From NCBI GenBank assembly GCA_046757525.1, contig JBHHYI010000011.1, forward strand, positions 1 through 46,000: 46,000 bases of DNA, written 5' to 3'. The notes beneath the pieces are model-generated. The model worked only from the letters and a program-made list of their open reading frames with translations. It ran no database searches and was not told where the DNA came from. Shown here piece after piece: positions 29,480-36,929 of the stretch (its first letter is position 1; the number at the start of each line of letters is the position of its first letter). Source of the stretch: a bacterium. Lineage in GTDB: Bacteria > Zhuqueibacterota > Zhuqueibacteria > Oceanimicrobiales > Oceanimicrobiaceae. The position numbers and the translations under genes are program-made.

Positions 29480-31255
29480 TTAGAACAACTTGTTGATGTA
29501 TTTTACCGCTTCGTCCACATTCGAGAATTCAGATGATCCGTTGTCTGAGAGACTTCTTTCTGCAACCGCCGACACCACGTCCGCTGGTTGCGCCTCCTCG
29601 CCCCTCAGGCGCGTCTTGTTGTCGTAAGGAACGCTTGCAGAGCTTACCGCATCTGCTGTGCTCAGCGGCAGACCGGTTTCTCGTCGCCTGCTGCTCTTAG
29701 ACTTGTTGTTGCTACCCGACGCGTCAAACAGTTGTAGAATGCCGCTCACCTTGCGCTTGAGCTCAGCCGCAGTGCTCTTCGACTTCTCATCTTCGTTGGT
29801 CAGCCCTGAGACGGTGGACGGCAGCAACCTGAACAACTCGATGACCCCTTCGGACAAGTCAAATTCGCCCTGAACCGCTTTCTCAACGATGGTGGCCATG
29901 GGGCTCATCAGCTCTGCAATGCTTTGGTAGGAAAACAGTTCTGCCGAACTGTTGATCGACGCCACAGCATTCTTTATCTCGCGCAAGTACCGCTCATTGC
30001 CGGAACGATTCCCCACAGCCAGCCCGCGAACAGCCTCCTCCAAAACATAGAGATCTGCCCGGGTCTCCTCCAGAAATATCTCTGAGAACACCCTGCCGCC
30101 CTGTTTTCGCGAGGTGGTTTCAGTCGTCGCTTTCTCAACGGATGCGGGCGCCTCTACTTCCCTGGCCGGCGCGATCGTCTCTGTCTGGTTATCCTGGCTC
30201 GCCCCCCCAACTTGGGCGACTTCTTGTTTCTTGATGGCCATGTCGATTTCAACTGCCGAACGCTTGGTTGTTTGCAAGCAGGTTGCAATGAGCATCACCC
30301 GTATGGAATCTTTCAGCGACTCATCAAGACGGGCTCCCCAGATGATCTTGGCAGAAGGGTCTAACCGTTGCGAAACGACTTGCATGACCGTCCTTGCTGA
30401 TTTCAGTGACATCTCCTGGCCACCCGTGATGTTGATGAGTGCGCTTCTGGCTCCGGTAATGTCCACATCTAACAACGGATTTTGCAGGGCTTTTTCCGCA
30501 GCTACTTTGGCAACATCTTCCGGCGGGCTGTCGCCATCGCTCTCTCCGAGTCCAATCATGGCCATGCCACCATTCTGCATGATGGTGCGCACATCGGCAA
30601 AATCCAAATTCACCAACCCTTTTTCAGTCACCAGCTCGGTTATGCCCTTGACGGCATTCACGAGAATCTCATCGGCGACTTTGAAGGCTGCGCCTAAGGG
30701 CATATCCGGGACCATTTCCAGAAGCCGGTCGTTCTGCACCACGATGACCGTATCCACTTTAGATCGCAGTTGCTCCAGACCTTTCTGAGCGTTCTCCCAG
30801 CGAATGATGCCCTCCTCGGTAAACGGCAGCGTGACCACCGCAATGGTCAAAGCGCCACTTCTCTTGGCTATTTCAGCAATAATCGGTGCGGAGCCCGTGC
30901 CGGTGCCACCTCCCAATCCACAAGTGATGAAAACCAAATCGCTGTTGGCAATCATCGCCTCTATTTCTGCTGCGTTTTCTCTTGCGGAGTCTTCCCCGAT
31001 CTTGGGATCGCTGCCGGCACCCAGACCATTGGTAATATCTTTGCCGATAAGGACCTTGTGGTCAGCCGTGGCAAACAACAGGTCCTGCGCATCGGTGTTA
31101 ATGGCAATAGCCTCCACACCTTTAATGCCGACTTCCAATAATCTCGAAATGGTGTTGTTGCCCGCGCCACCGGCGCCTATGATATGAATTCTGGTCTTGT
31201 GAGCCCCTAATACGGCTTCCAGTTCTTTGTCTGTCTCTACACAATGCTTGGTCAT
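29480..31255 (-). CDS. ftsZ: FtsZ-family GTPase (archaeal FtsZ1-like) fused to a C-terminal His-less Hpt-like domain
   Basis: 'GAGGAGNN', 'NTDAQ', 'GLGAG', tubulin signature 'GGGTGTG', 'PF..EG..R', T7 loop 'NLDFADV'; ~250 aa extension containing 'FSEIFLEETRADL...'; ATG at 31255 (alternative TTG at 31282). Confidence 0.93.
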   Translation of the reverse strand: MTKHCVETDKELEAVLGAHKTRIHIIGAGGAGNNTISRLLEVGIKGVEAIAINTDAQDLLFATADHKVLIGKDITNGLGAGSDPKIGEDSARENAAEIEAMIANSDLVFITCGLGGGTGTGSAPIIAEIAKRSGALTIAVVTLPFTEEGIIRWENAQKGLEQLRSKVDTVIVVQNDRLLEMVPDMPLGAAFKVADEILVNAVKGITELVTEKGLVNLDFADVRTIMQNGGMAMIGLGESDGDSPPEDVAKVAAEKALQNPLLDVDITGARSALINITGGQEMSLKSARTVMQVVSQRLDPSAKIIWGARLDESLKDSIRVMLIATCLQTTKRSAVEIDMAIKKQEVAQVGGASQDNQTETIAPAREVEAPASVEKATTETTSRKQGGRVFSEIFLEETRADLYVLEEAVRGLAVGNRSGNERYLREIKNAVASINSSAELFSYQSIAELMSPMATIVEKAVQGEFDLSEGVIELFRLLPSTVSGLTNEDEKSKSTAAELKRKVSGILQLFDASGSNNKSKSSRRRETGLPLSTADAVSSASVPYDNKTRLRGEEAQPADVVSAVAERSLSDNGSSEFSNVDEAVKYINKLF

Positions 31256-31312
31256 TAGTTGTCTTACCTGTCTGTTGTTCAAGAGTTAGATGATTGGCTT
31301 TTCGTCATCGCT

Positions 31313-33301
31313 TCAGTGAGGATTCCTGTTGGACGCAATCCGCAATGTCCCGGCCCTGCTGGAATCCCAATCTGTTGGAACAGAATAATTCAGTTCCTGA
31401 ATTCTTGTAACGAGCTGCTTGAACTCTCTCTTCTCTGCATCTTCCAACCGCTCGACTTTCCGCAGGTGACTGTAGGCCTCCCGGATGGCCGCGGAAGTGC
31501 TTTGTGCAAGCTCGGTGTCTGTACCCATCAGATGGACAACCAGCGCTTCAATGGCTTCGGGGAGCTTGCACAGGGGTTCCAGGTTTAGCTTTACACAAAG
31601 ATTCTGGATGGATTTGGCTGTCAATTCAAGGTCTTCCAAAGCCTTCCTGTTGTTGGGCTGCTCTTGCAGTATTTGCAGCGCGTCGTCAATGAGGTTGAAG
31701 TAGAGGGCTGCTTCCTCCTTGAATACTTGAACGCCGTCGAACTTGGCTTCCTGAGTGTCCCAACTCAGACGATCAACGATTTCTTCATTCAAATCCTCGG
31801 AACGCTCCCAGGGGTCCACCGCTTCTTCCCGCATCCCAGCTTCCTCAACCGGTGAAGCTGATGTGCCGTTGGACAACTCACCAATCAATTTTTTGATTTC
31901 CACATCGTCTTCGCCTGGCAAGGTTATCTGACTGCCGGTGGCTGGATCCGACTGGTTTCTGGCGATGTTCAACTCTTGTGGCAGTCCCTGGCCTGGGCTG
32001 CCATTTGGAGTCTCCAGTGGAGTGTCCTGGACTGGATCATGGTTCACCACCGGGTCAACCGAAGGCAGCGGATTCTCTGCCGCGGGCTTTTCAGGCTTCT
32101 CTGCTGCAACAGGTTGTTCTCGATCCTCTTCCGGCGGCAGGCCCATCTTTTGAACGTGTTCTCTTATTTGGGCTTCGTCAAAACTCTCCGCTTCACTGAA
32201 ATTCAAGCGGTTCAATAAGGCTAACGTCTCCCGGATGCGCGTCAAATGCCAGCCCGCAACATCGTCAGCCCGATTCGCCGCTGGCGCGCAAAGGTGCTGG
32301 GCTTTGGTAGCGATTTGTTCAAAGGCTTCAAAGCCATAGATCATGGAGCTCTCTTTGATATTCTCAAATATGCACTGGCAGGTTTGCCAGAACTCCTGGG
32401 TTGGCAAGGTGTTGTTCAGCTTGTCAAAAGTGTACTGCAAGTCAGCCAACAGTTCTTCGATTTCATCCTGAAAGGCGTTAACGATACTGGCAGGTTCCCG
32501 GCTAACGTAATTCGATTGCGTTTGCGGGGAAAAATCTGAGCCACCTTCTTTGGCTATGTCGTAGTCAGTCCCATCCTCGGCTGAGGCTTCCCTGCCTACG
32601 GACGTGTTTTGGAGAAAATCCTTTTCCTCCTGGCCGTCGAGCTCTGAAAAGTCGGGGGGGCTCTCCAGAGGGACGTCTGTCACCGCATTCTCGGATACCG
32701 CCGAAGGTGGCTCATGATTGCTTTCATTATTCTCGGGTTCAACTATTGACTCCGCGTGGTCGCCTTGTTCCAGGGTTGGCACCGTTTCCGGCAGAGGTTC
32801 ACCAGCCAGGGTCTCGTCAGTCGCAACAGTTTCAGCAAGGTCGGTAGTCGATTCCTCGACATGCAGAACCTGACTGTTCTTCTTTTGTAGACCCAGATAA
32901 TGATCCAGCTCGAGTCTTGCTGCCTGGCTGTGCAAGGCATTCAAGGTCGTTGTCACTAACGACTGAGCCAGCCGCTCAATCTCGATTTTCATTTGCTCCG
33001 TATCTAAATCGGAGTCGCGCAAACGGCTGACACCTTGATTCAAAGTTTCGTAAAAGGTGGCAAAGCCTCTGATCTGTGCCAGCTTCTCCAATTCCACCAC
33101 TTTATTCTCGGAATTCAATATTTTGTCCAACAGGTTGCCGAACAGCAAATAATCGTCGTTGTTGGAATGGTCATGGTCGAGGATCAATTCAAGCTGATGG
33201 CTAATGCAGTAGAAAAAATAGCTCTTGGGATGGAAAAATCTCTTGATTAACTCTTTGTCAAAGTCAACATCAGACAGGACATTTTGAATTATTTCTACCA
33301 T
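31313..33301 (-). CDS. Large acidic scaffold-like protein with two His-less Hpt-like domains
   Basis: 'FQDEIEELL...IFENIKESSMIYGFEAFEQIA' and 'FKEEAALYF...PNNRKALEDLELTAKSIQNL...LEPL' separated by E/P/S-rich linkers. Confidence 0.7.
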   Translation of the reverse strand: MVEIIQNVLSDVDFDKELIKRFFHPKSYFFYCISHQLELILDHDHSNNDDYLLFGNLLDKILNSENKVVELEKLAQIRGFATFYETLNQGVSRLRDSDLDTEQMKIEIERLAQSLVTTTLNALHSQAARLELDHYLGLQKKNSQVLHVEESTTDLAETVATDETLAGEPLPETVPTLEQGDHAESIVEPENNESNHEPPSAVSENAVTDVPLESPPDFSELDGQEEKDFLQNTSVGREASAEDGTDYDIAKEGGSDFSPQTQSNYVSREPASIVNAFQDEIEELLADLQYTFDKLNNTLPTQEFWQTCQCIFENIKESSMIYGFEAFEQIATKAQHLCAPAANRADDVAGWHLTRIRETLALLNRLNFSEAESFDEAQIREHVQKMGLPPEEDREQPVAAEKPEKPAAENPLPSVDPVVNHDPVQDTPLETPNGSPGQGLPQELNIARNQSDPATGSQITLPGEDDVEIKKLIGELSNGTSASPVEEAGMREEAVDPWERSEDLNEEIVDRLSWDTQEAKFDGVQVFKEEAALYFNLIDDALQILQEQPNNRKALEDLELTAKSIQNLCVKLNLEPLCKLPEAIEALVVHLMGTDTELAQSTSAAIREAYSHLRKVERLEDAEKREFKQLVTRIQELNYSVPTDWDSSRAGTLRIASNRNPH

Positions 33302-33322
33302 TTGTACTCTTTGGTCATTTGA

Positions 33323-33766
33323 TTATGAACTAAGACTCTTTGCAAAAACCGGAGGGCCAACCTCCTCTGGCTTGATTTCATCGTGCTTGTTTTTCACAGG
33401 CGCAGGAGCTTGCAGCACCTGCCGAAGTTTGCTCAGCAACCGTTCGATATCGAGAGGCTTGGTGATCCAACTAACAACGCCCAGTTTTCTTGCCCTTTGA
33501 CGTTGTTCCGGGGTACTGTAAGCCGTCATAATGATGGTTGGCAGCGTCGGGTATAAACGCTGCAACCTCTCGTGTAAGGCCAGGCCCGAAAGGTCTGGCA
33601 GGCACAAGTCGGACAGCAGCAGATCGGTACCCGGGCAAATTTTTTCCAAAGCCGCAGTCGCGTTCTCAGCGGTTGCGACTTCATAGCCTTCTTCGCTCAA
33701 CAGCTCATACAGTCCCAGGCGCGTATTGGGGTCATCCTCGACCAGCAGGATCTTCGACAAGATCAA
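33323..33766 (-). CDS. Single-domain response regulator (REC)
   Basis: 'ILLVEDD', 'LLSDLCLP', 'MTAY', 'TKP'; start overlaps the parA stop codon. Confidence 0.9.
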   Translation of the reverse strand: MILSKILLVEDDPNTRLGLYELLSEEGYEVATAENATAALEKICPGTDLLLSDLCLPDLSGLALHERLQRLYPTLPTIIMTAYSTPEQRQRARKLGVVSWITKPLDIERLLSKLRQVLQAPAPVKNKHDEIKPEEVGPPVFAKSLSS

Positions 33767-34584
33767 ACTCCTTGTAGTTCTTCTTCCGCAGGAGCCACTT
33801 CTTCAGCAACCACTTCGCAGTGGCCGTTCTCACCCAATAGCTCCAGGGCCAGATTCATGTAGCTGGTTGCCCCCTTGCAAGTTTGGTCAAAAACAATAAC
33901 CGGCTTGCCGTGGTACGGCACTTCCGCTAACTTGATATTTCTGGGTATCATGGTGTTGAAGACCAGGCCCTGCAAGGTGTAGCGAACTTTTTCAATGACT
34001 TTTTTGGTCAAGTTGTTTCGTGTGTCCACCATGGTTAATAAGAAGCCCCGGTAAGTCAAAGCAGGATTCTTTTCATTTTTTATCAATCGGGTCATTTTCA
34101 AGAACCTTCCCAGCGCCTTCAAAGCGTAGTACTCACATTGAATCGGCACGATGAGCGAATCTGAGGCAATCAGCGCATTGTAGGTCAGATTGCCTAAGGA
34201 GGGCGGGCAATCTATTAGAATGTAGTCGTATTCGTCCTTGACGGGTTCCAGGGCGTTTCGTAACTTCACCTCTGCTGCCACGCCGATTAACTGCCTTCGT
34301 TCGTTCTCGTCCGACCAGACGTTGGTGGGAATGAATTCGAAGTTCTCCTGCCCGGTTGGGTGAATGGCTTCCTCAATGGGCGTATCGTAGATGAAAATAT
34401 CCAAAATCCCGGCTTTGATGTCGTATTTGCCGTACCCAAAGCTGGTGGCAACGCTGCCCTGGGGATCTACGTCGATCAACAAGACCTTATACCCCAAATT
34501 TGCTAAGCTTGCGCTTAGATTGACCGCGGTGGTCGTCTTTCCGACGCCTCCTTTTTGACTCGCGATGGATATGACTTCGCCCAT
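33763..34584 (-). CDS. ParA/Soj-family ATPase (no adjacent parB)
   Basis: Deviant Walker A 'QKGGVGKTTT', 'IDVDPQG', 'IDCPPSLG', 'PIQCEYYAL', 'IPRNIKLAE'; GAGGAG RBS before the ATG at 34584. Confidence 0.93.
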   Translation of the reverse strand: MGEVISIASQKGGVGKTTTAVNLSASLANLGYKVLLIDVDPQGSVATSFGYGKYDIKAGILDIFIYDTPIEEAIHPTGQENFEFIPTNVWSDENERRQLIGVAAEVKLRNALEPVKDEYDYILIDCPPSLGNLTYNALIASDSLIVPIQCEYYALKALGRFLKMTRLIKNEKNPALTYRGFLLTMVDTRNNLTKKVIEKVRYTLQGLVFNTMIPRNIKLAEVPYHGKPVIVFDQTCKGATSYMNLALELLGENGHCEVVAEEVAPAEEELQGV

Positions 34585-34614
34585 GAACAACTCCTCAAAA
34601 GATAGCTCAAGTTC

Positions 34615-35283
34615 TTAATTATAATAATATAGAAGTACTTTCCAATCTTTTAAAATGGTTCTCTTGATCTCAAATGTTTTAGAAATCATCCTGAAATTGC
34701 CCCTACTCCAATTCAAGATGTTAAAAAGAGCAGACTCGCCTTTTAACTCCCCACATTCGGCATGAATGATCTCACCGTTCTTGAAGTAAATGTTGCCTTT
34801 CTCCTTGTCCCTGGTGATCATCAAAGAAGAAGTGCGTTTTGTCGTACAATTGAATTCCACCAGTTCCCGGATTCCCGCGCTGTAGAAGTAGCCTTTGAAT
34901 CCGAATTTATCCAGATTCAGGGCCTGTAGAATGAGCTGTTTCAAATGACCGATGTCGAAAGGTTTTTCGATGTAATAGAAGCCCCCTCGCTTATCCACGG
35001 CCGTCTGAATGGCTTCGGATCCGTAGGCGGTCATGATGATGATCTTTGTCTGAGGATATTTCTGACGAATATCCATCAACAATTGCAACCCACTTCGTCC
35101 TGGCATGCGAATGTCGGAGACGACGAGGTCAAAGCGAGCCTTTTCTAAGAGTTGCCAGGCGTCATCTCCCGACAGAACACATTCAACTTCCAAAGCTCCA
35201 CACTCTTTTTCCAGGCTTTTGGCGATTCCCCAAACCAAATCTTCTTCGTCATCAACGATTAGAATTTTTTTTGCTTTTGACAC
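34615..35283 (-). CDS. Response regulator with C-terminal DUF4388 (PatA_N-like) domain
   Basis: REC 'IVDDE...SDIRMPG...MTAYG...EKPF'; C-terminal 'GFKG......ELVEF.......KGNIYFKNGEIIHAECGELKGESALFNILNW..GNF'. Confidence 0.85.
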   Translation of the reverse strand: MSKAKKILIVDDEEDLVWGIAKSLEKECGALEVECVLSGDDAWQLLEKARFDLVVSDIRMPGRSGLQLLMDIRQKYPQTKIIIMTAYGSEAIQTAVDKRGGFYYIEKPFDIGHLKQLILQALNLDKFGFKGYFYSAGIRELVEFNCTTKRTSSLMITRDKEKGNIYFKNGEIIHAECGELKGESALFNILNWSRGNFRMISKTFEIKRTILKDWKVLLYYYN

Positions 35284-35330
35284 TTAAAGGCTCCTTAAAT
35301 CAAATAAAATAAAAAGATTAATTTGCTTTG

Positions 35331-35346
35331 TGCAATTCCCATGCCA
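35331..35346 (-). promoter_or_regulatory. sigma54 (-24/-12) promoter
   Basis: Minus strand TGGCATGGGAATTGCA = TGGCAY-N5-TTGCA with exact GG-N10-GC spacing, ~48 bp upstream of the first operon gene and just downstream of an NtrC-family gene. Confidence 0.85.
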
Positions 35347-35419
35347 TCGAAGAATCAGTCGGTTGCAGAGATGAGGAGCCTCCTTTGTCACAAATCTCAC
35401 CTTTTACTTCGTCATATAA

Positions 35420-35432
35420 AATCAAAAACTTA
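35420..35432 (+). promoter_or_regulatory. Putative IHF binding site
   Basis: AATCAAAAACTTA matches WATCAANNNNTTR and lies between the sigma54 promoter and the candidate UAS. Confidence 0.55.
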
Positions 35433-35506
35433 AACTGAGGGAGACTTTTTAGACGCTTTTAGAGGAAAAAAATTGATGGGTAAATATTAACTGATTCGTT
35501 TTGTGG

Positions 35507-35545
35507 GGTGGCTTAAAAACGCAAGAGGTGGTCAATTTTCGACCA
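35507..35545. promoter_or_regulatory. Candidate tandem upstream activator sequence for a bacterial enhancer-binding protein (bEBP)
   Basis: Palindrome TGGTC-AATTTTC-GACCA (35529-35545) and a weaker related site GGTGGCTTAAAAACGCAA 20 bp away; 160-200 bp upstream of the -24 box. Confidence 0.45.
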
Positions 35546-35552
35546 GTTGGAC

Positions 35553-36923
35553 TCACGCTATGCCATAATTTTTCATCTTTTCGCGCAAGGTGGAACGGGA
35601 AATGTTGAGGACTCTGGCGGTTTTGGATTTGTTTCCTTCATATTTCTTGAGAACTTTCATGATGTGGCGTTTTTCCATTTCCTCGAGGGAATCGCTGTCG
35701 GATGTAAACGCGGTAAATTCCGATGAAGTAGAAACCTTCGATTCTCCTTGCTGCAGCTCCAGCGGCAGATGCTCGTTTTGGATGAATTCATCGTTGCAAA
35801 GAATGATGGCTCTTTCGAGTACATTTTTCAGCTCCCGGACGTTGCCGGGCCAGCGGTAATGGAGCAATTGTTTCTGAGCCTCCGGGGCTATTCCCTTGAT
35901 CTCCTTGCCAAATTCCTTGTTGTTGGCTTCAATAAACAACATGGACAACGGCAAGATGTCTTCGGTACGGTCCCGCAGTGGCGGAATATTGATCACCATC
36001 ACCTTTAAACGGTAGAACAAGTCTTCGCGGAAAGCTTGCTGTTCAACGCAATCCTCCAGGTTACGATTGGTCGCAGCAATGATGCGCACGTCGATTTTGA
36101 TGTCGGAGGTGCCGCCGATGCGCCGGAAAGCTTGGGTCTCCAACACGCGCAACAATTTGGGCTGAATGGACATCTGCATGCTCGAGATCTCATCGAGAAA
36201 GATGGTGCCGTAGTTGGCCAACTCGAAGATGCCCTTTTTCATGCTCTTGGCGTCGGTAAAGGCTCCCTTCTCGTAGCCGAAGAGTTCACTCTCGAGCAGA
36301 TTCTCCGGGATGGCGCTGCAATTGATTTTGATCAAAGGCTTCTCGGCCCTGGCACTCCAATTATGAATGGCATTGGCCACCAATTCCTTGCCTGTGCCGC
36401 TTTCTCCTTGAATCAGCACCGAGGTCTTGGGCGTTCCGGACACCAGTTTGATGAGCTTTTTCAACTCGCGTATGGGCTTGGAATTGCCAAACAATTCGTT
36501 GTCGGGGTACTGATCTTTTTGTCGATTTCTTAATCGAGAAACCTCTCGTTTCAAGTGCTGAGCCTCGAGGGCTTTGTCCAGCACCAACTTTAACTCGTCC
36601 AATTCAAATGGTTTCATCAAATAATCATAGGCTCCCATTTTCATGGCATCGACAGCCGGTTGGGCATCCGTTAAAGCCGTAATCATGATGACCAGGATCT
36701 CGGGATCCATTTCTTTAATTGTTTTCAGAACCTTAATGCCGTTCAAGTCGGGCAGTTTGATATCCAACAAAACCAAATCAATAATGTCCTTGTGCAGAAT
36801 GGATAGGGCATGCTCGCCGTTGTAGGCAGTGCGCACTTTGTTCCCTTGCTTCCGCAACACATCAGCTAACGTTTGGCAAAGGTCTTCATTATCTTCCACG
36901 ATGAGTACATTGGCCTTAGACAT
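35553..36923 (-). CDS. sigma54-dependent response regulator (NtrC/AtoC family; REC-AAA+-Fis HTH)
   Basis: REC; 'GESGTGKE'; 'ESELFG.EKGAFTDA'; 'FLDEI'; 'WPGNVRELKN'; HTH 'NKSKTARVLNISRSTL'. Confidence 0.95.
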   Translation of the reverse strand: MSKANVLIVEDNEDLCQTLADVLRKQGNKVRTAYNGEHALSILHKDIIDLVLLDIKLPDLNGIKVLKTIKEMDPEILVIMITALTDAQPAVDAMKMGAYDYLMKPFELDELKLVLDKALEAQHLKREVSRLRNRQKDQYPDNELFGNSKPIRELKKLIKLVSGTPKTSVLIQGESGTGKELVANAIHNWSARAEKPLIKINCSAIPENLLESELFGYEKGAFTDAKSMKKGIFELANYGTIFLDEISSMQMSIQPKLLRVLETQAFRRIGGTSDIKIDVRIIAATNRNLEDCVEQQAFREDLFYRLKVMVINIPPLRDRTEDILPLSMLFIEANNKEFGKEIKGIAPEAQKQLLHYRWPGNVRELKNVLERAIILCNDEFIQNEHLPLELQQGESKVSTSSEFTAFTSDSDSLEEMEKRHIMKVLKKYEGNKSKTARVLNISRSTLREKMKNYGIA

Positions 36924-36929
36924 ATTTTC

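Noticed and set aside
28671..31187. Long plus-strand ORFs (189, 224 and 127 aa) opposite the FtsZ operon
   Set aside because: These are antisense shadows of the real genes, Ser-rich and without domain features. The same applies to most other short overlapping ORFs in the track.
29480..33301. Reading the Hpt-containing genes as a chemotaxis (cheA) cluster
   Set aside because: No CheA kinase or CheW domains, MCPs, CheR or CheB are present, and all Hpt-like domains lack the His.
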